From IMG/VR virus record IMGVR_UViG_3300021376_000028, positions 1-64,000 of that record: 64,000 nucleotides of DNA; one strand, written 5' to 3'. The stretch comes from a virus. Positions 1 to 9,824 of this stretch are shown in pieces. Every line of letters begins with the position of its first letter. Within the stretch, counting starts at the first letter, position 1. The position numbers and the translations under genes are program-made. Under the pieces are notes generated by a model that was not told the origin of the DNA, did not search any database, and worked only from the letters and a program-made list of their open reading frames with translations.

Positions 1-469
1 TGGCTCCGCCACCATTTTCGTAATACCAATATGTGATTGGCTTGGAAACTCCAGCGCTAAAAGAAACGTACTGTGACGGGTTGCCCCAGCCGCCCTTGTC
101 AACCCAGTTGTTGTCTATCAAAACATTATCTATATAGAGTTTGGTTCCGTCATCCGCAGCAGGCAAGAACCTGAACGAGCCTGTCACGGGCAGGGTTATG
201 TGACCTTCATACTTAACAATAAAGTCTTCGGACAGGTTGAACAGCGGTGCACTGTCAAAGTTTTGATTAATCTGAGTGAGGGTGGTGGTTCCAACGACCG
301 GACGACCGGTGACCGTGGGGAGTGGAGGCGAATTGTTGTAGCCAAAATTGTTGTAAACGGTTACAGTAAGTCCTGGTTCGGCTTGGGCAGAGGCAAAAAA
401 AAATGGGAAAAAAACAGATGTAAAGCAAGCAACAATTAAAGGCATTAATTTTCTTTTTAATCCAATCAC
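1..469 (-). CDS. Signal-peptide + PA14-domain protein (partial, runs off left edge; not in ORF track)
   Basis: Manual translation from GTG469 (or ATG445): ..LMPLIVACFTSVFFPFFFASAQAEPGLTVTVYNN..DFIVKYEGHI..AADDGTKLYIDN..WYYENGGGA. Open to the window edge; DDG and YENGGGA are PA14-type motifs. Confidence 0.75.
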   Translation of the reverse strand, partial: MIGLKRKLMPLIVACFTSVFFPFFFASAQAEPGLTVTVYNNFGYNNSPPLPTVTGRPVVGTTTLTQINQNFDSAPLFNLSEDFIVKYEGHITLPVTGSFRFLPAADDGTKLYIDNVLIDNNWVDKGGWGNPSQYVSFSAGVSKPITYWYYENGGGA

Positions 470-509
470 ACATTTATTTTATATGATCTTGAATTAAATA
501 GAAAATGTA

Positions 510-839
510 TTAAACGAACTCAACTCCACTAATGATATAAGTTATATTTGCAACATTGGCACTTACATATATTGATGATGAAGCGTTCATCACAATAGAT
601 GCATCATAAGAAATTGTTTCATTGCCAGCAACTGTAAAATTAGACATAATTTTATTGTTAGCAGCCGCTGCCCCTCCTGAGGGAACTATGTGAACATTGC
701 ATAGAATAGTTGACGATCCGGTATTGCAAATATTGATATTTCTTACAATAGAGTACGATCCGGTATTGGCGCTTACAGTGTATACATTTGAACCACTGTC
801 GCTTCCTATATATAAATTTTTAGGCGTTAAATTTGGCAT
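510..839 (-). CDS. Probable virion structural protein
   Basis: Beta-rich Ser/Asn/Gly protein co-oriented downstream of the major capsid gene; abuts 839..1186. Confidence 0.55.
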   Translation of the reverse strand: MPNLTPKNLYIGSDSGSNVYTVSANTGSYSIVRNINICNTGSSTILCNVHIVPSGGAAAANNKIMSNFTVAGNETISYDASIVMNASSSIYVSANVANITYIISGVEFV

Positions 840-1186
840 TATATCCCCATCAAAGAAATTATAGCATTATCGTTTGTTGCAGTATTCATATACTGAACCG
901 TTGTCGCATCCAACACATGATCAACTAAATCTCCACTTGAATGAGAGCTGGCCGTAGTGCCATCATACCCCCGCTGTTGAACAGTAAAGGTGTCGGTTGT
1001 TCTAGAGGAACACAGAACCTTTTCTTCCCCAGCTGTGCCCTTGCCAATAACAATAACAAATGGATTTCCAGAACCCCCATTAGGGAATGTTGATCCGTCT
1101 ATTACAGAAAAAGAGTTGGCTGTATTTGATATATTTGCGGCTAATTGTGTTTTTAACACTCCGCCATTAAACTCTCTTCTAAGCAT
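839..1186 (-). CDS. Probable virion structural protein
   Basis: EEKVLCSSRT..TVQQRGYDGTTA..H motif typical of phage minor structural proteins; structural operon. Confidence 0.55.
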   Translation of the reverse strand: MLRREFNGGVLKTQLAANISNTANSFSVIDGSTFPNGGSGNPFVIVIGKGTAGEEKVLCSSRTTDTFTVQQRGYDGTTASSHSSGDLVDHVLDATTVQYMNTATNDNAIISLMGI

Positions 1187-1197
1187 AACGACTCCTG

Positions 1198-1581
1198 TTA
1201 ATCAATTGTGATGTCAAGATCTCCGGTTGCAATTCGCAAAATATCACCGCTATCAATCGTTTTGTTTGCGGTAAGTCCGCCGTAGACTAATAGATTTCCA
1301 GATGTAAGGGCATCAAAAACGCCAACGGCAACAACAGTGCAGGCAGGCATCCCGTTGAAATCAACATTGGAATCATTACTGGTTGCTCCACCTGATGCTA
1401 CTGTGAAAGTCACAGTTTTACGCACATAGGAGCCACCAGCAACCTCTGTACCGCCTCCAGCATCGGTTGGAGCAACAGTGTACAGGGCTAAATAAACAGG
1501 GGTTGGCATTGTATAAGATGTCGTTCCTAATATATGATCTAAAATTTTATTTTCTAAATAATTAGATAAATTTCCTGCCAT
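1198..1581 (-). CDS. Virion structural protein (tail-fibre/decoration-like family)
   Basis: SNYLENKILDH..VYLALYT..GTEVAGGSYVR..GVFDALTSGNLL pattern of a widespread phage structural family. Confidence 0.65.
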   Translation of the reverse strand: MAGNLSNYLENKILDHILGTTSYTMPTPVYLALYTVAPTDAGGGTEVAGGSYVRKTVTFTVASGGATSNDSNVDFNGMPACTVVAVGVFDALTSGNLLVYGGLTANKTIDSGDILRIATGDLDITID

Positions 1582-1582
1582 T

Positions 1583-1900
1583 TTAATCCTCCTTAGAAGC
1601 TAAATATTCTTCTAATTCCAACTGATCCGGTCTTCTAAAATTATCCAAAGAAAGCAAAAGTTCCGCTTGTTCTGGTGTTACCGCCTGTAGCGGATTATCT
1701 CTTGTGAATCTTAAATTACCTGAATTATAGGCAATTCCGCTTTCAAAAAAAACATAAACTTTATCTTCTGATACTGTTGAAGTTTCTTTTTCTGCTTCTA
1801 CTTTTTTAACTGCAGCTTTTTTTGGAACAGCTTTTTTTGCCGGTTTCTTTTTTGGGTCTTCGGCATCTAACGAAGATGATGTAACAACATTGTCAGTCAT
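1583..1900 (-). CDS. Hypothetical protein (Lys/Ala-rich N-terminus), probably leaderless
   Basis: ORF after the capsid terminator; TGA-TAAGAT -10 lies 7 nt upstream of ATG. Confidence 0.65.
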   Translation of the reverse strand: MTDNVVTSSSLDAEDPKKKPAKKAVPKKAAVKKVEAEKETSTVSEDKVYVFFESGIAYNSGNLRFTRDNPLQAVTPEQAELLLSLDNFRRPDQLELEEYLASKED

Positions 1901-1935
1901 AGAAAATATCTTATCACACTTCTATATTAAATGCG

Positions 1936-1967
1936 AAAAAGGGGAGGGGTAATTCCCTCCCCTTTTT
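1936..1967. terminator. Intrinsic terminator after the major capsid gene (possibly bidirectional)
   Basis: AAAAA-GGGGAGGG-gtaatt-CCCTCCCC-TTTTT. Confidence 0.85.
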
Positions 1968-1980
1968 GCTAAATTGTATA

Positions 1981-3012
1981 TCAGAGCGTTCTAAGCTTGA
2001 TGTTCTTGCCAATCACATATGATTCAGCATTCTCAATGTTGCTTGCAACCCTCATATATTGGGTGTACTCAATCGTGTCAGTCTTTGGCTTAAATTGGCG
2101 ATAGACTGTAATGTCACGGTTAATACCAATAATTCTGTTGTTCGGGAATGTTAATTCAATATGACCATGCGAACCGGTTGCACCAGAGTAGTCGCCAGAG
2201 GCGGTCTCTGGCATCAGAGGCACTTCAACGAGACCGATGCCATAAGGCGACAGTCCCGTAACACCAGCACCACCATTGGCTCTCATTGCACCCTGAAGGA
2301 ATGCAAGTTCACCAACAGTTGACGCAGGAGCAGGAGCACCAGCAGTTGCTGCTGTGGCTGAGTTTGGACTCTGAAGGCTAAAAATTGTGTCTTGAACAAT
2401 TCCTGAACCCGAGAAAAACTTCAGTTCATTTCTGCGCTGTAAATACTTCTTTGGCAGGTTACGAAGAATACGGTCAAATGTCGCTCTAGAAACATTGTTA
2501 CCGGCCTCGTCAACAACCGTGCCGTTAGCTTTAGCAAGCTTGACGAAGCCGTCAAGAGCCTTAAGAAGCGCGTTGCCTGAAGAGGTGTTTCCATTGATGA
2601 AAAGATCGTCAAGATCATTGGCTGTTTGACGAGCCATAATCTGTGCAATATGATCTTCAAGAGAAGCGCCTTCAATGTTGTCTTCCAGTGACTCTGTTGA
2701 CATTGCCCAGTCAAGGCGAAGCTTAACTGTGCTAAGCGAAACTTTGCTGAATGTAACGGCGGCGTTTGTGCCGCTGTCTGTGGCCTCTGTTGCCTTTGCA
2801 AGCAAACGAGTTCCAACCGAGACCTTATCGATCTCCATTTGTGGTGTTCTCATACGAACAACCCTTGCGTTTTGCATAAGAACCGACTGGTCTATGACAT
2901 AATCAAGGAATCGGTTAGACTGGGCTGGCTTGAGAAGGCCACCCGAATCGTTTCCGACAACGCTTGTTGTCACCTCATCGGCCTTAGAAAGAATTTCTTC
3001 TTGTGATGCCAT
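1981..3012 (-). CDS. Major capsid protein (HK97 fold)
   Basis: 343 aa; GGLLKPAQSNRFLDYVIDQS, LEDNIEG..LEDHIAQIMARQTANDLDDLFING; follows portal-protease-scaffold; strong SD AGGAGG. Confidence 0.92.
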   Translation of the reverse strand: MASQEEILSKADEVTTSVVGNDSGGLLKPAQSNRFLDYVIDQSVLMQNARVVRMRTPQMEIDKVSVGTRLLAKATEATDSGTNAAVTFSKVSLSTVKLRLDWAMSTESLEDNIEGASLEDHIAQIMARQTANDLDDLFINGNTSSGNALLKALDGFVKLAKANGTVVDEAGNNVSRATFDRILRNLPKKYLQRRNELKFFSGSGIVQDTIFSLQSPNSATAATAGAPAPASTVGELAFLQGAMRANGGAGVTGLSPYGIGLVEVPLMPETASGDYSGATGSHGHIELTFPNNRIIGINRDITVYRQFKPKTDTIEYTQYMRVASNIENAESYVIGKNIKLRTL

Positions 3013-3028
3013 TATTTTATCCTCCTAA

Positions 3029-3511
3029 TTATGACTCATATCCCAGGGCGCTTATAAGACCCTGTGGTAAATAAATATTTTCCCAAACTGACTTTGTGGA
3101 GGACTTCTTAAGCTCCTCGCCCTCATTGTCGTCTTCTGGGTCAACACTCTTCTTAACAGCACCGGCTGTAGCGAAGGTCTGAACCTTCTCTTCTTGCTCG
3201 GCCAATGCCTTTTCTGTTGCCTCTAATTTTTCCTGCAGTTCGGCACTCTGCACCTCAAAACTCTTTGTGATGGTGTCAATTTTTTCTTGAACCGCAGCCT
3301 CAACCTCTTCTTTTATGGAAGTAGCGAAGTTAGCAAGTTTTTCATCAACAACAGCACTCAGAGCATCCTTAAGGACTTCAATATCCATTTCTTCCTCCTG
3401 TGTGTTTTCAGTAACTTCAACTATTGTTGTTGAAGCATTTTCTTGAACATCTGGAACAAGCCAATTAACAACCTTTTTTATAAGTGACAATTTTGACTCT
3501 TGTTCATCCAT
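3029..3511 (-). CDS. Capsid scaffolding protein (coiled coil)
   Basis: Acidic coiled-coil protein between protease and MCP; start moved to ATG3511, 7 nt after a TTGCTA-17-TAAGGT promoter. Confidence 0.7.
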   Translation of the reverse strand: MDEQESKLSLIKKVVNWLVPDVQENASTTIVEVTENTQEEEMDIEVLKDALSAVVDEKLANFATSIKEEVEAAVQEKIDTITKSFEVQSAELQEKLEATEKALAEQEEKVQTFATAGAVKKSVDPEDDNEGEELKKSSTKSVWENIYLPQGLISALGYES

Positions 3512-3518
3512 GCTAAAG

Positions 3519-3547
3519 ACCTTATCATATTTTACTTGATTTAGCAA
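3519..3547 (-). promoter_or_regulatory. Sigma70-type promoter for scaffold/MCP (leaderless start)
   Basis: - strand TTGCTA-17 nt-TAAGGT with extended TG, 7 nt before ATG3511. Confidence 0.55.
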
Positions 3548-3570
3548 GAAAATATTAATATTTTTGTATT

Positions 3571-5370
3571 CTACCAATTTTTTGGTGCTGCATCAAATGT
3601 TTTACCAATTAAATTCATTAAATCCCGAATTGTTATTTCCGATTCCGACTCATCCCCATCATTATCTTCTTCAAAATAACCTTCTTCGTAATTTTCATCT
3701 TCCAGTTCTTCGTCTTCCACTAGAATATCTTCAATTTCATCTAATGAAGCATTTAATTGCCAATTCCATTTTTGGTGCATATCAATTCTGTCTGCCAAAT
3801 GGGCTATCACCTCTTGTAATGATTCAACGGGGCTCAGTGTGTCCTCAACACCCTTTTTAATTTTCTTAACTTTCTTTTTTTTGCCCCTCATTTTGCTTGG
3901 TTCAATATAACCCTGTTGTGGATTTTTAATACCAGCACCCATACTGTCGGTTGTCACCTCGTCGGCTTTTTCAACGCGATATTTTCCGCCTCTTTTTTTG
4001 TATTCACGAACTAGCCAAGCATTTGCATATGCCGATGGATAAACATCAAACTTTGCTTTTGCTTCTGCTTTAACTCGTGCATAAAGTTCAGGATTTGTTG
4101 GAACATTTCTTTTTTCCATTTTGTCCGTCGAAACATTAATTGGTTTTTTATCTTGACGGGTCTGAGTTGACTCGGCTCTTCTTTTTCTTCTTACAGCCGA
4201 ATCAATTTCTGCTTGTGACATTCGGGCAGCGCGGGAGGCTGGAACACACTTCGGATACTTTCCACTGCTTGCATCCGATCTTCCGCAGGGTTCAAATCCA
4301 CCCCCCTTCTTGGGTCTTGAAATATCAACCCAATCTTCTCTAAACCATTCTTTTAAAGATTTTAAAATTAACTCTAATTTATTTTCATCAAAAGAATCTT
4401 CAAAAGTATAATCACTTAATGGAGTGTCTTTAATTAATTCCATATAGTCTTCATTATCAAAATAAAACATTTCTTTAATAAGAAGATCTTCATCTTCTAA
4501 TAAAATTTCATCTACGCTTTTCTGTTTAATCTTAGCGTATCGCTCAAGAAGTCGTCTGCCTTTTGCAGCAAGTCGTGCTGCGTCAGATCTATCCTGTGGC
4601 ACTGGTTCGCCCCATGCCGCTGCTGAAAGAGCTAACCTTGTAGGGCGACCTTTTTCATCTTTCATTGGTCCAGAAGGGTTGGTGAAGAAGCGAGTCAAAA
4701 AAGAACCCTTGCGGCGCATTTTTTCAGGGGTGTTTGCTGGTCCTTTAACGCCAGGTTTTAAGTTTGCCCCTTCTGTTTGTTTAAAGTGTCTGCGACCTGC
4801 TGCTGTTAATCCACCCTTTGGATCTCTTATTGGTTGTTTCTTTGCTATTTCAAGAATTTCTTCAAGAACATACTGCAGACTTCCATCTTCATTTCTTTTA
4901 ATGATGTCTACCGTAGCCAATGCATTTGCGGGATTATCAACCAAACTGAGTTCTCCAAGAACATACTGTTTAATTATATTAATTGGTCTACCATTGTGCA
5001 TTTTTTCCGACATGGCTTCTTTTTGAATAATTTTACCCCCAATAGAAAATGCTTTTAATGTACCGTCTAAAATTTTTTGCCAAGTATCCTCGGCCCCTTT
5101 TGATATATATGCATGAACTTTAATTGCATTATATTTTTTACCATCGGGACCTTTAATTTGTGTAGGTTCAATATGAATTGCTTTTCCAACAGCAATTGGT
5201 GCATGCATTTCTCTGATATTGCCACCCCAATTTTTAAATGCGTCAAGAGACGCATTAAAATCTACGACGTCATTGGCTTTATCGATATTATCCGCAGTTG
5301 CAATTCCAATTACAACCCTCTCTTCTTTCTTAATCAAATCAATTGGAAATGATAAATTAAAATCTTCCAT
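3571..5370 (-). CDS. Prohead protease with multiple C-terminal fused modules
   Basis: N-terminal GNIREMH..AVGK, LKAFSIGG, ELSLVDNPAN caudovirus protease motifs; positioned after portal. Confidence 0.85.
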   Translation of the reverse strand: MEDFNLSFPIDLIKKEERVVIGIATADNIDKANDVVDFNASLDAFKNWGGNIREMHAPIAVGKAIHIEPTQIKGPDGKKYNAIKVHAYISKGAEDTWQKILDGTLKAFSIGGKIIQKEAMSEKMHNGRPINIIKQYVLGELSLVDNPANALATVDIIKRNEDGSLQYVLEEILEIAKKQPIRDPKGGLTAAGRRHFKQTEGANLKPGVKGPANTPEKMRRKGSFLTRFFTNPSGPMKDEKGRPTRLALSAAAWGEPVPQDRSDAARLAAKGRRLLERYAKIKQKSVDEILLEDEDLLIKEMFYFDNEDYMELIKDTPLSDYTFEDSFDENKLELILKSLKEWFREDWVDISRPKKGGGFEPCGRSDASSGKYPKCVPASRAARMSQAEIDSAVRRKRRAESTQTRQDKKPINVSTDKMEKRNVPTNPELYARVKAEAKAKFDVYPSAYANAWLVREYKKRGGKYRVEKADEVTTDSMGAGIKNPQQGYIEPSKMRGKKKKVKKIKKGVEDTLSPVESLQEVIAHLADRIDMHQKWNWQLNASLDEIEDILVEDEELEDENYEEGYFEEDNDGDESESEITIRDLMNLIGKTFDAAPKNW

Positions 5371-5410
5371 AATACCTCATAATGTAAAATTATACCTTAT
5401 ATTTTTTTTG

Positions 5411-5662
5411 TCATCCAATTGCAAAAACAGATAAAGTTACAGACGCAGTGATGACTTGAAATGTTGTATAATCGCCTTCTATTTTATGATAAAAACCAGC
5501 ATCTTTAGGAATAACTATATTATATATACCATTAAGCCTAACTGTTGCATTAGTAGAACTGCTATTATTCCAAAAATATATTTCACTTGTATGATGATTT
5601 ACAGAAACCTCATTTGCAGTGCTGTCAACTGATGTGTTTGCATAAACAATTGATCCATCCAT
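5411..5662 (-). CDS. Hypothetical protein (head module)
   Basis: SD AAGGAG; between portal and protease. Confidence 0.65.
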   Translation of the reverse strand: MDGSIVYANTSVDSTANEVSVNHHTSEIYFWNNSSSTNATVRLNGIYNIVIPKDAGFYHKIEGDYTTFQVITASVTLSVFAIG

Positions 5663-5673
5663 TATTAATCTCC

Positions 5674-7302
5674 TTAATTATCACTTAGCGATGAGTCGCT
5701 AGTGTTATCGCCAGAATCTTGATTCTGACCTCTTTCTGCTTGATCTCCAGAATCTCTCGCCCCGTCAGGCAAAGCCCCGGAATCCGACCTTGATTTTGGC
5801 GGGTTTGAAGAAGCATTGTTAGAATTTCCTACGGGTGCCCCGGGCATCCCCTCTTGTTTTGATCTTGTTGGGTATGGCAACACATTGTCTCCCTCTTCTC
5901 TTTCTGGGAAACCAATCTTTGACCGCACCTCGTTTGGAGTAACAACTTCTGTTCTTAAATATCTATCAAAAATCTTTGATTCAATATCTTCATCCAAAAG
6001 ATCAATTTTTTTTAGTTTTAATTGCAACATATCAGTAAACTCAGAAACAAGTCTGTTTAATTTTTTTTCTATGACAGATTGATCTGGTCCAATTACTTGG
6101 AGTTTGAATGTTTTATCGGCATCTCTTGAAACAGCCAAGTTTGCATTGTCGTATACGCCAACTTTTGGTGCAGGAACTCTGTTTGCAACCAGAATTTCAT
6201 CTCTGTTTGATTTTCTATACTTGTCAAAAGATGCGTCTTGGACACCTGCTTCAAGTTTTTCAAACTTAATATCTGAATCATTACCAAGTCCAGCAGGTAA
6301 TGGAACAATCAAGGTTCCGTGGTTGCGGCCTTTGACCTCGGATCTAAAATAGTTAACAAGTTCCATTTTAGATTTATTACTAAGTTTTGCGCCTTTAAGA
6401 ATAATTGCATATCTAGGAATTGCTTTGTTTTCAAAATAATCAATATTATATTCTTTTGCAAATTTATCTCCAATTATTGCCGCAGCGGCAGAAACGGACG
6501 ATGGTATTCCATAGTATGTATTATTTGGTGAATACATCTTAAAATGTATTATTTCATTTGGACTTGGATCCGCGTTAATGGGGTCTGCCATTTCTAAGTC
6601 TTGAAAATTTCTAAAAAAAACTGCTTGAATTTTGTTTGCTCTGGACAGCTGGACAAAGCCATCTCGCTTTCTTCGCACACGAACCATTGTTGCTGGAATA
6701 TGTCCAATATAACCAATTTTTCCAGAATTGTTTCTACCAACCTCAAGGTAACCATTACCGACAGTCAGGCAGTCTTGCCAAACTCGCACAAGAGTTTCAA
6801 TAAGTGTTTCTTCAATGTTTAAACCTTCAAAAAGGTCATCCATTTCTTCTTTCAAGTCTTGCAAATCTCTTCTAACTTTTTCAAGTTTTGCGGGGTTGCC
6901 GTGTGCTTTTTCTACTTTTCTTCTCGCTTTGAGTGTTTCTGAAAACTCATAACCAAGACCAACAGTATTCATAACCCTAGATTTAATGGCAGCAGAATGT
7001 ATCGCGCTCTGGTCGTATAATTTTGCTAGGTTATCTAAATCATATGGGGGATTCACAATATCCCATAGAGAATAGCCATTAACGACCTCTGGATCTAGGT
7101 ATTTAGATTTAGTTCCATCTTCCCCTTCAAATCTTTTGGCAATTCTTTCTGCCTTCCTCTTCATTCGTGGTGGAAGTGAATTTATTTTTATTGCTGAAAA
7201 CGGATCAACGGTCTCTTCGGCGGAAGCAAATTGATAATACGCAATATCATCAATTTCGTTAAAATCATCACCGGAGTCATCTAGTGACATTCTTGAGTTC
7301 AT
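5674..7302 (-). CDS. Portal protein (PBSX-like)
   Basis: GNGYLEV, EIIHFK..YYGIP, YFENKAIP, RDEILVANRVP, TPNEVRSKIG motifs. Confidence 0.9.
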   Translation of the reverse strand: MNSRMSLDDSGDDFNEIDDIAYYQFASAEETVDPFSAIKINSLPPRMKRKAERIAKRFEGEDGTKSKYLDPEVVNGYSLWDIVNPPYDLDNLAKLYDQSAIHSAAIKSRVMNTVGLGYEFSETLKARRKVEKAHGNPAKLEKVRRDLQDLKEEMDDLFEGLNIEETLIETLVRVWQDCLTVGNGYLEVGRNNSGKIGYIGHIPATMVRVRRKRDGFVQLSRANKIQAVFFRNFQDLEMADPINADPSPNEIIHFKMYSPNNTYYGIPSSVSAAAAIIGDKFAKEYNIDYFENKAIPRYAIILKGAKLSNKSKMELVNYFRSEVKGRNHGTLIVPLPAGLGNDSDIKFEKLEAGVQDASFDKYRKSNRDEILVANRVPAPKVGVYDNANLAVSRDADKTFKLQVIGPDQSVIEKKLNRLVSEFTDMLQLKLKKIDLLDEDIESKIFDRYLRTEVVTPNEVRSKIGFPEREEGDNVLPYPTRSKQEGMPGAPVGNSNNASSNPPKSRSDSGALPDGARDSGDQAERGQNQDSGDNTSDSSLSDN

Positions 7303-7631
7303 TTTCTTTTACCAAAATAATCATCAAAAAAATCTTCAAATGGGTCAGCAATAAGACCTTCCGAAAGCCTTTCTTTCTGATCTTCTTGTTCTGAGGCGGT
7401 AATTTTTCTTGCCCCAGAAACCCATCGGCATTCACCAGCGTCAGATCCTGTCCAATATTTTGCGGCCTGAGCAACTTGTCTTTCAATATTCTCGTCACCG
7501 ACCAGTCCTTCAGCGCAAAGAACACCATCGCCATCGCTTAAAGGCATTCCGTCTTCCATAATCCAAAGACATACGCCAAAAGCGCGCTCAGGCACCCAAA
7601 TTTGCTTGCTTTTTATCATATCTGATGTCAT
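7299..7631 (-). CDS. Hypothetical protein
   Basis: Overlaps portal start (ATGA coupling); TAGAAT 9 nt upstream. Confidence 0.65.
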   Translation of the reverse strand: MTSDMIKSKQIWVPERAFGVCLWIMEDGMPLSDGDGVLCAEGLVGDENIERQVAQAAKYWTGSDAGECRWVSGARKITASEQEDQKERLSEGLIADPFEDFFDDYFGKRK

Positions 7632-7678
7632 TCTTATTACATTCTACATCATGTTGTGATATAAAAGCGATTTTTTTA

Positions 7679-9700
7679 TTAAGAAAGCTTGATTTCGCAT
7701 GAATCAGTTGTGCAATAGGCCTCTCCTATAGCATCATGGGCTAATCCAGCATAAACTCCAGCAAAATCAATTGGAAAAAGTTCAGATTTTGCTTTTAAAT
7801 ACTCATTTTCATCAATTTGAGTATATGGCATTTGTAGATATGTGTGGTTACCTTGTGGTAAAAACGAAACAGTCTTTAATTGTCCGTCATACATGTGTAA
7901 AACGGTTCCAATATATTGCTTTTCTGTTTGAGAATCAAATGAAATTGTAACTGAAACAGAATTATCTGACCAATATCTTTGGGCAGTTGCGGCAATTGCC
8001 ATTTTTTCAAAGATGGTTACATCTTTTTCACTTCTTCTTGCACCACTTTTAATTGGAAAATATACAACAGAGGTTGTATCAGGAGACTCTGCTGCTGGCT
8101 CAATCCTATAATTTGCCATTTTGAACAAAGGGAGCATAGGATCATCATTGGAAAACCGAATTGTTCTGTTGAAAAATTCTCCGCCCGGTGTCCAATGGAC
8201 ACCTGGGGATTCACCAGCCAGTATTGAAACTGTTCCTGAGGGTTTCACTGTCGTCATCTTGATAGATTCACGGATGCCAAACCACTCAGAGTAAATGTTA
8301 TCGTATCTTTTTACAGTTTCATACCCTTCATTCATCCACTCTTTAAGAACAGGCAAACCTTTTTTATCAGCAAAATTGGCAATACCAGACATTGATGTGC
8401 CAATTCTCCTATTTCTTTGCATAATTGCATTAGTTTTTTCCCAATGAGTTGGTAACAGCGTTACTGTTTTTGCATATAGATATGCAAATTTCAATGTCCT
8501 TTTGTAGTCCTCAATGTTTTCGTGACGATTTAAGTATGTTTCAACCAATGTACAACATTCATATGACTCAAGAGATTGCTCTGCACATGGATTGTATCCA
8601 GCGACTCGCCAATCCTTGTTGTTCGGCGGATCCGAAAGCCGACCATACTTACGAGACATATCAAGCCAAATAACTCCAGGCTCCCCATTTAGAGCAATAT
8701 TGTCTACCAAATGAGATAGATCGTTACCAACATAAGTTTCAACAGAATTGTTACTCATCCAAGCCCAACCTGGATTTTCTGAATCATACGAGTTGCGCTC
8801 TGGAAAAATTTTTGGATTTTTAAGATTTAAAAAATCTTGATCATCAGATCTGCCGATTAAAAGCTCCGCCGATCTGCGGACATTACCCGATACAACACAA
8901 ACTCCAATTAGATTTCCAAGATCTGCAATGTCTTTGCGCGTGAGCAGTTCGCCGTTTCTGTCTGTAAATAATTTTCTGATTGCTTTATGCAGTTTCTCTA
9001 GAGGCTCTGGTCCTGAGGCCGTGCCGCCAAAAGTTTTTATTGGAGTTCCAAATGGTCTAATTAATGAATAATCAAAATTAACTTCGGATTGATCTGGTTT
9101 TAAAAAAGAATTAATTAAAGCAATTGTTGAATCTTTCCAACCCTCTCTGCTGTCTTCAATTGATGTAATATCAGTTGAATGTTTGGGTTGAAAGATAGAA
9201 AACCCTTTGTCGGCACCTTTATCATCAAATCCAACGCCGACTCCTAGCATTGATGCTTCCATTAAAAATGCAAATGGTTCAGCCGGGTTGTCTTTATTCA
9301 TTTCACCAGTGGAGACAAAAGCACAGTTTTGCAAAGCCGCAGAATTTTTTTGCACATTGACAAGATCTGTTCCCATTATCCAAAGTCCTCGCCCGGGTGG
9401 TGTCCATTTAAGATTGAATAAACGATCAAACGCTTCTTTTGCAGAAGCTTGTGCCTTTACTCCATTCCAGGGTAACTTATTATTCTTGCAATGATCTTTT
9501 TGCAATGAATACATGCCGTTAATTACTCTTTCACAAACATCAACCCAAGTTTCTTTTGTGCCGTCTAGTTTTTTTCTAGAGTATGTTCTAAGAAATGTAA
9601 TTTCACCAACAGAGTTCCCCGCTGCATCCCGATAGCCAAAGGGGGGTGTGATTTTTTTATACTGAGAAATAAATTCTTCATTCAGTCTAAAACTAAACAT
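7679..9700 (-). CDS. nrdJ: Class II (adenosylcobalamin-dependent, monomeric RTPR-type) ribonucleotide reductase
   Basis: PPGRGLW, NCAF, GNVRRSAE, NPCAEQ, TTVKPSGTVS, C-terminal CTTDSC; start at ATG9700 after SD AAAGGA. Confidence 0.92.
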   Translation of the reverse strand: MFSFRLNEEFISQYKKITPPFGYRDAAGNSVGEITFLRTYSRKKLDGTKETWVDVCERVINGMYSLQKDHCKNNKLPWNGVKAQASAKEAFDRLFNLKWTPPGRGLWIMGTDLVNVQKNSAALQNCAFVSTGEMNKDNPAEPFAFLMEASMLGVGVGFDDKGADKGFSIFQPKHSTDITSIEDSREGWKDSTIALINSFLKPDQSEVNFDYSLIRPFGTPIKTFGGTASGPEPLEKLHKAIRKLFTDRNGELLTRKDIADLGNLIGVCVVSGNVRRSAELLIGRSDDQDFLNLKNPKIFPERNSYDSENPGWAWMSNNSVETYVGNDLSHLVDNIALNGEPGVIWLDMSRKYGRLSDPPNNKDWRVAGYNPCAEQSLESYECCTLVETYLNRHENIEDYKRTLKFAYLYAKTVTLLPTHWEKTNAIMQRNRRIGTSMSGIANFADKKGLPVLKEWMNEGYETVKRYDNIYSEWFGIRESIKMTTVKPSGTVSILAGESPGVHWTPGGEFFNRTIRFSNDDPMLPLFKMANYRIEPAAESPDTTSVVYFPIKSGARRSEKDVTIFEKMAIAATAQRYWSDNSVSVTISFDSQTEKQYIGTVLHMYDGQLKTVSFLPQGNHTYLQMPYTQIDENEYLKAKSELFPIDFAGVYAGLAHDAIGEAYCTTDSCEIKLS

Positions 9701-9824
9701 GGTTTCCTTTTCTGAAAATAAATTTTTTTTAAGAACGGGCAAGTGCGCAATCATCAGACCTCCGAGTGTTAAGAATTCAATAGTATCAACTCAGTGGTTC
9801 ATCTCACAGAGAGAATGCTTAGGT

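Noticed and set aside
200-473. ORF-track calls 200..439(+) and 267..473(-)
   Set aside because: Both overlap a longer - strand frame with clear PA14 motifs that runs off the window.
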